A stretch of DNA of 62,807 nt, the filler included, from Limisphaerales bacterium (GTDB taxonomy: Bacteria; Verrucomicrobiota; Verrucomicrobiia; Limisphaerales; SIBE01): NCBI GenBank assembly GCA_044225505.1. It is 6 parts of 5 records of this genome, joined end to end, with 100 filler letters (N's around TTAATTAATTAA, not from the genome) between each part and the next. Parts side by side here need not be neighbours in the genome. Positions count along the whole stretch, not along the records: positions 28,719 to 46,075 come from JBGAIN010000012.1; positions 46,176 to 53,067 come from JBGAIN010000012.1; 4 more parts are not named here. One strand, written 5' to 3'. The notes beneath the pieces are model-generated. The model did not search any database and was not told the DNA's origin. It was given only the letters and a program-made list of their open reading frames with translations. Position numbers and translations under genes: made by a program. Below, piece after piece: positions 40,571-49,451 of the stretch; position 1 is the first letter of the stretch; each line of letters starts with the position of its first letter.

Positions 40571-43420
40571 TCATGGACAACCAATCTCGCGAGCGCGGAA
40601 TAGTTTCATACCCGCCTTCGCGATCGATGTCGTAAACGAAAAAGCACCCTCAGGATCAGCCTTTATGCTCGCAACGGTTGTCCAGACATCAAAGTTAATC
40701 GTCGATTCAATCGAGTAGCAACCGCTTGGTTTCCCGCGGAATGGAAATCGAATTTCGGAACCGTTAACTTCGATACTCCCCGACCATTCCGGCGCCCCGG
40801 GCGCATCGCAGGCCACGACTTGGGCGCGATACCATCTGGCTGCAATAGAGGGCGTGATGGTTTCGGAGAAGCTGAAACGACCTGTATTATCTGCAGTGCC
40901 AATGTGAACGAGGTTCCAGTGGATTAAGTCCGTCGTCGTCTCCACACGAAAACACGAATCTGGCATCCCAACCAAAGCAATTTGAACCTCATCTTTGCTC
41001 GATGACGTCAGCTGCAGTGTGGGTGGAATCGTGGACGGCGCGGCGCTGACCTCAAGGCGCACTTCCTGAGAGGAACTCCCCGCCGGCGTTGCGGCGTCGT
41101 GAACTGTCACTTTGACTTTGGTTAGGCCACCCGGATGAGCCAGCGCTGGAGTCCAAGTGAATTGTCCGGTGCGCGGATCAATCGTCGCGCCGACAGGCCC
41201 TTCATCGAGCGAGAACGTCAATGACTGGGTGGGCACATCCGGATCGCTAGCCTGGGCGGTAAACTTGAGTGTTTCGCCAGCGCGGACACGCTGATCGGGG
41301 ATCGGTGTAAGAAGTGGAGGCGAATTCACTTCCGTTACCGTGATCGTGAATGAACCGGTCGCACTCAGCGGTGGATTTCCGTTGTCAGTCACACGCAGGG
41401 TAACGGGATAAACGCCGGGGCCATGCGACTCAGACGGGGCCCAGGAAAATGTTAAAGTTGCAGGATCGTACTTGGCGCCGGTAGCGGCTCCAGGTTCCAA
41501 AGAATAGGTCAGTTTCTGGGCTGGGACGTCGCGATCAACCCCGAACGCCGTGAAAGTGAGTGTTGAACCTTCGTTCACGAATTGGTCAGGTAGACCAGAA
41601 AGAATGGGAGCCGTATTGGGCGCAAAGACCGTTATTTTAAAGGTCCATTTACCACTGAGCGGCGGCGAGCCGTTGTCGGTGACGGTGACAGCGATGAACA
41701 CGTCTCCAAGGGCCTGCGCCGACGGCACGGTCCAGGAAAAGGCGCCCGTATCAGGGTCAATTCGAGCCGCCGCAGGAGCGTCTGGTCCGAGAGTAAAGGT
41801 TAGGCGTTGGGTCGGCAAATCACTGTCGATTGCCCGCGCGGTGAACGCGATCATTTCGTTTCGCTGTGCGGTGATGTTTTCAATCGGCGAGAGTGTGGGT
41901 GAATTGTTGCTCGGAGGTGGTGGCCGAGGCGCATTCACCAGAATAGTAAATGGGCGGCTAGCGCTTAGCGCGGGCGATCCATTGTCCGTGACGATCACTG
42001 TTACCGAGTATTGGTTTCCCGCAGCTTCTAGGCCAGGTGTCCAGCTAAACAAACCTGTTGTGGAGTGAATTTGTGCGCTTGTTGGGGCGCCGGAACCGAG
42101 GCTGAAATTCAATTCCTGAGGTGGTAGATCGGTATCCTTGGCCGAAGCGACAAACGAGATGAGGGTTCCTGCTTCGACGACACGATTTGCGATCGGTTCC
42201 AACGTCGGTGCCGAATTGCTTGGAGGTGGCGGTACCCCGGTAACGCGGATGACAAACGTTCGGCTCGTCGTCAAGGGAGGCGAGCCGTTGTCGGTAACCC
42301 GTATGGTCACGGGAAACTGACCTCCGACCGCGTCACTTGGAGGTGTCCAGGTGAATAGGCCCTGGGAGGGATCAATCAGAGCACCGGCCGGCGCACCGGG
42401 ATCCAAACTGTACTGCAACTGCTGGGCGGGAAGATCAGCATCGCTGGAACTGGCGGTGACAGTTGCCGCCGATCCCAGAGCAACAGAGACATCGGCAATG
42501 GTGGCCAGCGTTGGGGCTTGATTCGTTTCAGCGACCGTCACCCGGAACTGCGTCGAAGCCTGTAACGGAGTCACCCCGCTGTCGGTTACAACGAAACGTA
42601 TGTCATAGATACCGGGACCTTGCGACTCGTTCGGTGTCCAAGTGAACAGACCCGTGCTGCTATCGACAAATGAACCGAGCGGACTACCCGTGCCAAGGCT
42701 AAACGTGAGGGTTTGCGTTGGATCCAGATCGGAAGCGCTCGCTTGGATTGAGAGAATTTGACCTTCGGTAACCAATTGGTCGGGGACGGAGTTGATAGAT
42801 GGCTGAAGATTCACGCCGGGTGCCACCAAGGAAATAGTGGCAGGCGGCGATAGAAAGGTTCCATCGTGAACAACAAAAGTGAATTGATCCAACGCCGTGA
42901 AGCCTGGGCCAGCCTGATAGTTCAGCGTGGGTGGCGTTCCGCTGAGGGTCCCGTGGGCCGGATTAGAAAGGACTTGGAACGTGAGGGGGTCCGACTCGGC
43001 ATCCGTGGCACTGAGCGTTATCGAAACCAGGCCGCTCGACGGAACTTGATAACTGGCATCGAGCGCGTCCGGTTCCTCAGTGATTTGGCCGGGGAAACCG
43101 GCGTAATTGACAAGCCCGGAGCCGGTGTGGCTGCTAGTATCCCCTAAACCAGCGGTAACGGCTTGAACAGAGTAATTAGCGCTCTGAGCTTGGCCCCCGC
43201 CGCCACCAAACGAATGGTGCAAGATCGAGTAGTTCGCACTCGCAGACGCACCCTGCGCCATCCCGCAGGACAGCAATAGCAACAGGACGCAGAGCGCCGA
43301 ATATTTGAGCCGCTGCGATGCGAGCCAACTCAAGCCGCCGGCCCTAACAAACCCTTTTCTGGTCCGATCCGCTGCTTCCAGTGCGTCCAGGCAAGGCGGA
43401 TGGCAAAGGCGGAAGCTCAT
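40571..43420 (-). CDS. Secreted Ig/cadherin-like repeat protein with two tandem Verrucomicrobia C-terminal domains
   Basis: SANYS..GGGGG..SANYS N-terminal module, one Big_9-like unit, and six N.AP.L..I...D.D.P.Q.L.F.L...G.F.WTP...VTD.G.P repeats. Two terminal domains end RWYRA and KLFRA. Confidence 0.88.
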   Translation of the reverse strand: MSFRLCHPPCLDALEAADRTRKGFVRAGGLSWLASQRLKYSALCVLLLLLSCGMAQGASASANYSILHHSFGGGGGQAQSANYSVQAVTAGLGDTSSHTGSGLVNYAGFPGQITEEPDALDASYQVPSSGLVSITLSATDAESDPLTFQVLSNPAHGTLSGTPPTLNYQAGPGFTALDQFTFVVHDGTFLSPPATISLVAPGVNLQPSINSVPDQLVTEGQILSIQASASDLDPTQTLTFSLGTGSPLGSFVDSSTGLFTWTPNESQGPGIYDIRFVVTDSGVTPLQASTQFRVTVAETNQAPTLATIADVSVALGSAATVTASSSDADLPAQQLQYSLDPGAPAGALIDPSQGLFTWTPPSDAVGGQFPVTIRVTDNGSPPLTTSRTFVIRVTGVPPPPSNSAPTLEPIANRVVEAGTLISFVASAKDTDLPPQELNFSLGSGAPTSAQIHSTTGLFSWTPGLEAAGNQYSVTVIVTDNGSPALSASRPFTILVNAPRPPPPSNNSPTLSPIENITAQRNEMIAFTARAIDSDLPTQRLTFTLGPDAPAAARIDPDTGAFSWTVPSAQALGDVFIAVTVTDNGSPPLSGKWTFKITVFAPNTAPILSGLPDQFVNEGSTLTFTAFGVDRDVPAQKLTYSLEPGAATGAKYDPATLTFSWAPSESHGPGVYPVTLRVTDNGNPPLSATGSFTITVTEVNSPPLLTPIPDQRVRAGETLKFTAQASDPDVPTQSLTFSLDEGPVGATIDPRTGQFTWTPALAHPGGLTKVKVTVHDAATPAGSSSQEVRLEVSAAPSTIPPTLQLTSSSKDEVQIALVGMPDSCFRVETTTDLIHWNLVHIGTADNTGRFSFSETITPSIAARWYRAQVVACDAPGAPEWSGSIEVNGSEIRFPFRGKPSGCYSIESTINFDVWTTVASIKADPEGAFSFTTSIAKAGMKLFRAREIGCP

Positions 43421-43421
43421 T

Positions 43422-44036
43422 TCAACGAACCTGGCTGAGGCCTGAGCTAGACGCGACTTTGGCGGGGTAAAATTGCTGCTCAATCACTTTCCCATGCTCC
43501 ACCATGGCACGTGCCTTGACCGAACCGTCCGGATGAAAAGAGCGAGATTCTCCGTGAGGTTGGTTGTCGTGCATAGCAATCTCTTCCGCAAGCTCCCCGT
43601 CCAAATGCCAGCGTCGGAAGGTGCCATTGATCTTACCTGCGACAACGGGAGCCTCTGAGAGTCTGCGGCCGCTCGGATAAAACTTTTCGCGTAAGCCATG
43701 CGAGACACCGTTAGTGAAATATTCGCGAACCTGTAGCACTCCGTTGGTAAACCAGCCTTCCGAAATGCCATGGAGCAGACCGTCGCGCAGGGTCGAGCGC
43801 GATTGCATTGCCGCGCTCGGGTAGCGATCGATCATGAGCCCTGTGAATGCGTTGGTTTCGTCGCCGAAGTACATCCGGGCGCCACGTCGGACCAGTTGTT
43901 GCCGTGACGCTTCCCTTGGCACAGAGGGATGTCCCAAGCGCCACCCGATGATCAGCGCGCTGAGAATCGCCAGCATCCACAGCGTGGCCGTCAGTCTTAT
44001 TATGTTAAATCGCCAGATCACATTTACCCAAGCCAC
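43422..44036 (-). CDS. MORN-variant repeat protein (YwqK-like), membrane-anchored
   Basis: TM segment, then FTG...Y......G..HG....W..NG and repeated G..HG....F(Y/H)P.G. Confidence 0.85.
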   Translation of the reverse strand: MAWVNVIWRFNIIRLTATLWMLAILSALIIGWRLGHPSVPREASRQQLVRRGARMYFGDETNAFTGLMIDRYPSAAMQSRSTLRDGLLHGISEGWFTNGVLQVREYFTNGVSHGLREKFYPSGRRLSEAPVVAGKINGTFRRWHLDGELAEEIAMHDNQPHGESRSFHPDGSVKARAMVEHGKVIEQQFYPAKVASSSGLSQVR

Positions 44037-44045
44037 GGGGCGTGA

Positions 44046-44900
44046 TTATCGAACGATTAACCGGAAGAAACGATTCGGCGTGCCGGAAGCAATCGGGGCC
44101 TCAATCTCGACCCGCTGCGTTTGCGTGGCGAGATACGCTCGTTGCTCAGGCGCATTCGCCGCAACCGGCAAAACCCGGAACGAAACGTCCGACCATTCGC
44201 CAAATACGCTGGCAGCCTGGACCGTGTAGGAACGGCCTTTTACGACCGTAAAGGCCAGCCTGGGCGGTTCTCCAGGCGAACCTAGAATGTGCAGAGCGAA
44301 TCCGTCCGTCGGTTCTACCGCATACGTCCCAGCCAAATAGACGTCGCGATAGGTCATTCCGGAACCTGGGTACAAATCGTCCGGTCGAATCTGCCCAACT
44401 GTCCACGGACGACCGAGTAACGCAGCGACGGCCTTCTCCCATGCGTCGGGCAAACCATTGCCGTCTTGATCAACGCCCAGCGTCAGGTCAATCCGCGTTC
44501 GGCCGCCGGGCAAACCGAGTTTGGTAAGGTCGCCTGTCATCTCAATGGGCAAGTAGGTGGTCTGGCCAACGCGAACGCGTAACAGAAATGGCACGGTCGG
44601 ACGCAGTGCAGTCGGGAGATACGCGTCGGCCGTGAGGCCGGCGTCCATCGGCACTTCGAGTTCGTAATTCACGGCAACTTCTGTCCGCATGGCCACGGAA
44701 GTCCGGATCTTGACTCCCGAAGCTGTTTCCAGGATGACGTCCGCACCTTTCTCGAGAGGGTTTCCAATCTGATCACGCACCACACCAAAAAGAGTGTGAG
44801 GCGGAGCGGGCGGGAATGCTTGAACCACGAGTGGCAGCAAGGTAGCCAGAACGACCCACCCGCAACGCGACTTCAACCGGATGCTGAATCGAGATTTCAT
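44046..44900 (-). CDS. Secreted protein with beta-sandwich, Ca-binding DxDxNG repeat and Verrucomicrobia C-terminal domain
   Basis: Signal peptide (VVQA/FPPAPPH..FGVVRD..GNPL), DQDGNGLPDAWE, ends GRSYTVQ...W...RFFRLIVR. Confidence 0.82.
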   Translation of the reverse strand: MKSRFSIRLKSRCGWVVLATLLPLVVQAFPPAPPHTLFGVVRDQIGNPLEKGADVILETASGVKIRTSVAMRTEVAVNYELEVPMDAGLTADAYLPTALRPTVPFLLRVRVGQTTYLPIEMTGDLTKLGLPGGRTRIDLTLGVDQDGNGLPDAWEKAVAALLGRPWTVGQIRPDDLYPGSGMTYRDVYLAGTYAVEPTDGFALHILGSPGEPPRLAFTVVKGRSYTVQAASVFGEWSDVSFRVLPVAANAPEQRAYLATQTQRVEIEAPIASGTPNRFFRLIVR

Positions 44901-44925
44901 AAATAAAGGCGCTAGGTGGTCACGA

Positions 44926-46074
44926 TCAGTTGCCAGAGTAGGAGTAAGTCATGAAATAGAGCTTTACGTCCTTGACAGACCGGATGAAACGGTCGAGGCC
45001 CTCATTAGGGTTGTCGAGCAATGTCCGTCCCGGAATAACCAACTTCCATTTACTATTCCAGGCCGAACGGCCAAGCAGTCGCGTGTTGTTGTATTGAGTT
45101 CGCTCGAGCTCGCCGCCCGTCCAATAGACCACCAAGGTGCCAAACACCTCGGAGTGTGCGACTGGCCGAAAAGGCTGATGCTTACGGAACGAGAACAACG
45201 GCTCAGTGAGCGAATCTCTGGATTGCCAAAGGTTCGCCGTGGAATGTTCCGACCCGCCAATATTGAACGGCAATGGAATGGCGACGTCTTCGACGCTCCA
45301 GGTCCGAATGACACTGGTATCCCCAAGCGGCGGGCTACGCATCGAATCCAGTCCCACCGGAATTAAGTAAACGTACGGGTTCGCCGACATCGCCTCAGGA
45401 TCGAGGAACGCGAGATTCGGATCGGCCGGAGAGGAAGCATGCACGGCGTCCACGGCGGATGAATTGGCGCTGGGATCGTCCATGCCTTTGTACCCTTCCA
45501 ACGCGACTCCAACACCGAAGATTTTGGTTGCAAACGACGCTGGGCTGAACGCGTGGTCGCCCGCCGCCAAGGGACGTCCAAAGAGATTCATGCCATCGGC
45601 AATGGTCGTACTGAATTCCAGCACGATGCCCGGAACAGGCAGGCCGTTCTTCGGATCAATCTGCATGCAGTAACGGCGCACTTCCGGATCATCCAAAATG
45701 TTGGCCTTTCGCGCCGCATTGAGTTGATCGACCCAGCCAGCATCCCCGTCCGAGCCCGGCAAGATTCGGAAGTATTCCGTCCGCAGTGAGGCGGTGGTAC
45801 CGTAAGCGTCAGGGTTCTTGAAACCGAGGCGTGTCTTGAGCACAGACCAATCCGAATTCATCTCGGCCATCACACTCGAAAGGCCGGGGTCACCAGTGTT
45901 GCTACCGGCAAATTGCGGCTCGCCATCAGTCATCACGCCGAGTGCCCTGGAATTGACGATACGATTGACGAAGGCTTTGCCTTCATCGGTCTGAAGCAAG
46001 CCAGTGTCGTAGTCAAAAGCTTGGGCCGCCATGTAAACATAGCGTGAAGCGAGGTCGAACAGAGTCTTGTAACG
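44926..46074 (-). CDS. C-terminal part of a large protein with a Tc-toxin-A (TcB-binding)-like terminus (5' truncated)
   Basis: Open to the contig edge: RYKTLFDLASRYVYMAAQAFDYD...LLGRSAWNSKWKLVIP...FIRSVKDVKLYFMTYSYSGN. The CDS is clear; the family call is tentative. Confidence 0.7.
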   Translation of the reverse strand, partial: RYKTLFDLASRYVYMAAQAFDYDTGLLQTDEGKAFVNRIVNSRALGVMTDGEPQFAGSNTGDPGLSSVMAEMNSDWSVLKTRLGFKNPDAYGTTASLRTEYFRILPGSDGDAGWVDQLNAARKANILDDPEVRRYCMQIDPKNGLPVPGIVLEFSTTIADGMNLFGRPLAAGDHAFSPASFATKIFGVGVALEGYKGMDDPSANSSAVDAVHASSPADPNLAFLDPEAMSANPYVYLIPVGLDSMRSPPLGDTSVIRTWSVEDVAIPLPFNIGGSEHSTANLWQSRDSLTEPLFSFRKHQPFRPVAHSEVFGTLVVYWTGGELERTQYNNTRLLGRSAWNSKWKLVIPGRTLLDNPNEGLDRFIRSVKDVKLYFMTYSYSGN

Positions 46075-46075
46075 A

Positions 46076-46175
46076 NNNNNNNNNNNNNNNNNNNNNNNNN
46101 NNNNNNNNNNNNNNNNNNNTTAATTAATTAANNNNNNNNNNNNNNNNNNNNNNNNNNNNNNNNNNNNNNNNNNNN
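46076..46175. other. Artificial contig linker
   Basis: N run with TTAATTAATTAA. Confidence 0.98.
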
Positions 46176-46249
46176 TGACAGCAGCGCCCCTGGTAAGCGG
46201 GCTGGACCTTCGCGTCAGGATAGGCACTCGCTAGCCAACGAACGAATGA

Positions 46250-46536
46250 TGTCGGGTTTGACAGCGTTTTCCACGAGAGTTTGCAGCAGTAAACCAGGAT
46301 CGGGACACCCCGCGCGGCCGGTTCATCTATTCAGTCACGTCCAGCCGCGATAGGCGCAGTTTGATGACATGCGACGCAACCAGGCCACACGCGCTGAAAG
46401 CGCTGGACCACAGACAGTCCCTCAGTCGAAAGGTTGGTCCAAACAGAGCCCCGCCCAGCCAGATTAATCCCAGGCCGCCCCAGCCAAACAACTGACATCG
46501 CCAATACTGGTCGGGTAGAAAGGTGGAGCCCATCAT
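46250..46536 (-). pseudogene. LytS/YehU-type sensor histidine kinase remnant
   Basis: N-terminal YWRCQLFGWGG and TM segments stop at 46327. About 35 bp later comes LLLQTLVENAVK, an N-box usually ~250 aa downstream. Confidence 0.6.
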
Positions 46537-47119
46537 GGATCCCGAAGGTGTTGATTCCAAGGACGCACCCCCCGGCAAACGCCTCAAGAATCGATTCGGC
46601 ATGCCCTAATCATCCTCGGATTTGACCAAAAAAACAAGGTTCCTTGGCTTCAGCCAGCGCCACTGGCCCCGCTCCTCCGATCGTTTGAGTTGGGAGACAA
46701 GCTCATTGTTTGAACCCTCGGAGTCTTGAAGAATGCGGCCGGGTTCGGTCGATCATCGGGCTGGGCTGAGGTCCGCCGCCAGGTGCCGTTCGATCTCGTG
46801 TCGCCAAAGTAAGAGACTGAGAGCAACGAAGTTATGAGTTCGACAGCGTTAACACTGACGCTTGTGCCTCATGGGTGAGGACAAAAAGCGGCCCGATGAC
46901 GACTCAGATCGATTTAATCGCACACGGCAGAGAGTCCGTTTGCGCGCCGGCGCGAACCGCGAGGCACACTAAGAACGACGGCGAAATCATACGCCACGGA
47001 GCGAGCGTCATCGGGTTTGGTGCCGCAGGAACGACCGGATCGCGCACAAGGTTTTCCAGTCCCAACCATGGGTGGGAAAACAAAAGCATGGCCGTTTGTG
47101 ATCCCACAACGCCACCTGA

Positions 47120-49429
47120 TCATTCAGCGTAGTCTGCCTGGTTTGGATCCGGCGCGGATGCGGCTGCCGCTGCGCCCCAGGAGAAGTGGTGCCCAAACGC
47201 GATCGCTCCTGGATTGGAGGAGTCGTCTCCGCTCAGAATGCCGTAGGCCTCGTTGAGAAACCCCTGGGTATTGGGGTATGCCGAGACGGCTGCGTCGCCT
47301 GGGAATTCTGAGCGCTGGCCGTCTTTGGTGGTGCTAATAACCTTGAGTTTATCATGCGCGGCGACGAGTGCTTCAAATTTGACGACGCCAGCTCCAGCGA
47401 ACGTGACCCGTGCTTTAAAGGCAGTGCCGTTCAGGTCACTAAAATACCATCGCCAATCAAGCTCGACCGGCGCCGGGAGCTGCCACTCGACTGTTAGCCG
47501 TCCGTCATCGTACTGCCCATTGGCACTGACGAGAACAGCGGTGGAATCAGCTGCCGCGACCGCGCCCTTGGCGATGAAGACCGAGTCTCCGTACGGCACA
47601 AGTCGAGTTGGATGCAAGTCTGCCCGCACGTGCAGATCGAGGTCGATATTGGCCGAAGGCTGCGATACCGCACCTGAAAACGGTCGAACCAACTGGGCTG
47701 GGATTCGCCATTCACTTAGCGGAACGCGATTGCTCGGGTGGCCGTTCTGTAAGACGGTGACACCGCCAGCGGAGGGTTGACTCGTGCCGGGCCAGGGAAC
47801 GGCGAGTTGGGTTGCACTTCTCGGTGTGACCTCGAATTCGTGCAACGCGCCTCCTTCCACTCTCACGGTCGCGGGGAGCTCTGGATCAAAAAGACCCTCA
47901 ATAATGACCTGCCCAGGTTCCGTTCCAGTGTCCATCTGGCGGATGCTGGGAGCGAGCATCCCAAAGCTTGCTGGCAAGGCAAGGAAAGGATCCGGCACGA
48001 AGAGCAACTTGGCACCATGGCTGTTCGGATGTTGATCGATCTCGTAGTTTTTGGACCTCATGTATTTCAAGATCGCTGTCCAGTCGAACGCCCGTTGTTT
48101 CGGCATCACGTCGGGGAACATTTGGCTCCCCCCAAGGGATGTATCAAAGAAAACGCGAGAGGCGAAATAGGCCCAGGCATCGATCACCGAATCGCTCCAT
48201 CCCACGTACAGGGACGCGTTCTTGTCCCAGCATGCCCGGATGAAAGAGTTCGCCCCGGCGCTAGCAGAGTGGCATGCGTCCATAAAAACCAAGCTGCTAC
48301 GACTGAACTGCCAATGGTTGCGAACGAACTCCGGACTGATTCCGTAGTAGACGTCGACTTCGCCGGTTTCCTCATCGGGCTCGCCCACCATGTAGCCGAG
48401 TTCGGACCGGGCAAAGTTTGGCGCATACGCAGCCTCGGTTTTCGCGGTGGGGATGGTCGAGCTCGAAAGGAACAAGGAGGGAACAGGGGCGAGAACACCG
48501 GGACCGGAAAGCCCAGGCTGCGTTCGCGTGGCAGACCCAATCACCCCGTGCGTATCAATGTAGAAAACGCCGATATCATTGCCGAAATCTTGAATGGCCA
48601 GCAGATTCGCCAAACTCGGCTCGCCTCCGGAAATACTGTAGCCGCGCTTCTGGAAAGCGGGGATCAAGCTTTCGAGCATGGGTGCGAGCAGCCCAGGCAG
48701 CGAAGCTTCGAAAAGAACAGCACGCTGCGATTGCGGAATCGCCGTCGGTGCCTGAGAGCTCGGCAACGCCAGGGAAGCGTGCGACGCGAGGTTTAGTTTC
48801 GAGTTCGTCTCGGTAACAGGATGCGCCATCTGAGTCACGCGATCAGACGTCGTTAGAGGATATTTCTGAGCCAGTTCGCTAGGAGTAGCCCCGCGCCGGT
48901 TTCTAACAATGACCAGTGGGCGGCCGTCCGTGAAATAGGCGGCGACGGAGTTATCTGGCGTTCGCTGCACACCTTCTAATTCAGGAAAGCTGGAAAGGAA
49001 CTGGACCAAAGCCTCCGCGTCGTTAGCAGCATTCGTTGGCGACAACGACGCGGTCTTTTGGGTGATCGCCTTCAAGATCGTTAGTCGGCGATCCGTGTCG
49101 ACAATTCTCGACGTCCAGTTTGGCAAGGTCAGAACCCTGAAGAACGCCGCCGATCCAGAAGTGAACACCGTCCCAGACGTCGCGCTGACACGCAGCACTG
49201 TCCGCCAATCAGGGTTTACCAATTGGGTGGCCGCTTGCACCTCGTAGAATTCTGACTCCCCGCTCCACTCCAACGTCAAGGTCCCCTGACCCGCCCGGAC
49301 CTGCCCTAGCTTGGGTTGGTTTTGCGGGCGGCCAGTGATCGGAACAAAAAACACGGCGCCCAAGAGAAGGGCAATCCACCTTCTCGGCCGACGTTGTCGG
49401 GTTGCTCCGGCGAGGGCGATGGTTTTCAT
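47120..49429 (-). CDS. Secreted protein with N-terminal copy of the Verrucomicrobia domain and a caspase/CHAT-like (clan CD) peptidase domain
   Basis: Signal-like segment; LEWSG...YEVQAAT.L...W...FFRV near the N-terminus; FYIDTHG and LVFMDACHS dyad motifs; IPT-like segment SNRVPL. Confidence 0.75.
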   Translation of the reverse strand: MKTIALAGATRQRRPRRWIALLLGAVFFVPITGRPQNQPKLGQVRAGQGTLTLEWSGESEFYEVQAATQLVNPDWRTVLRVSATSGTVFTSGSAAFFRVLTLPNWTSRIVDTDRRLTILKAITQKTASLSPTNAANDAEALVQFLSSFPELEGVQRTPDNSVAAYFTDGRPLVIVRNRRGATPSELAQKYPLTTSDRVTQMAHPVTETNSKLNLASHASLALPSSQAPTAIPQSQRAVLFEASLPGLLAPMLESLIPAFQKRGYSISGGEPSLANLLAIQDFGNDIGVFYIDTHGVIGSATRTQPGLSGPGVLAPVPSLFLSSSTIPTAKTEAAYAPNFARSELGYMVGEPDEETGEVDVYYGISPEFVRNHWQFSRSSLVFMDACHSASAGANSFIRACWDKNASLYVGWSDSVIDAWAYFASRVFFDTSLGGSQMFPDVMPKQRAFDWTAILKYMRSKNYEIDQHPNSHGAKLLFVPDPFLALPASFGMLAPSIRQMDTGTEPGQVIIEGLFDPELPATVRVEGGALHEFEVTPRSATQLAVPWPGTSQPSAGGVTVLQNGHPSNRVPLSEWRIPAQLVRPFSGAVSQPSANIDLDLHVRADLHPTRLVPYGDSVFIAKGAVAAADSTAVLVSANGQYDDGRLTVEWQLPAPVELDWRWYFSDLNGTAFKARVTFAGAGVVKFEALVAAHDKLKVISTTKDGQRSEFPGDAAVSAYPNTQGFLNEAYGILSGDDSSNPGAIAFGHHFSWGAAAAASAPDPNQADYAE

Positions 49430-49451
49430 TCAGTGAAAAGAGGGCGGCGTT

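Noticed and set aside
41050..42820. Repeated DNA in the Ig-repeat gene as a DGR or recombination cassette
   Set aside because: The repeats are diverged in-frame protein domains; there is no near-identical TR/VR pair or reverse transcriptase.
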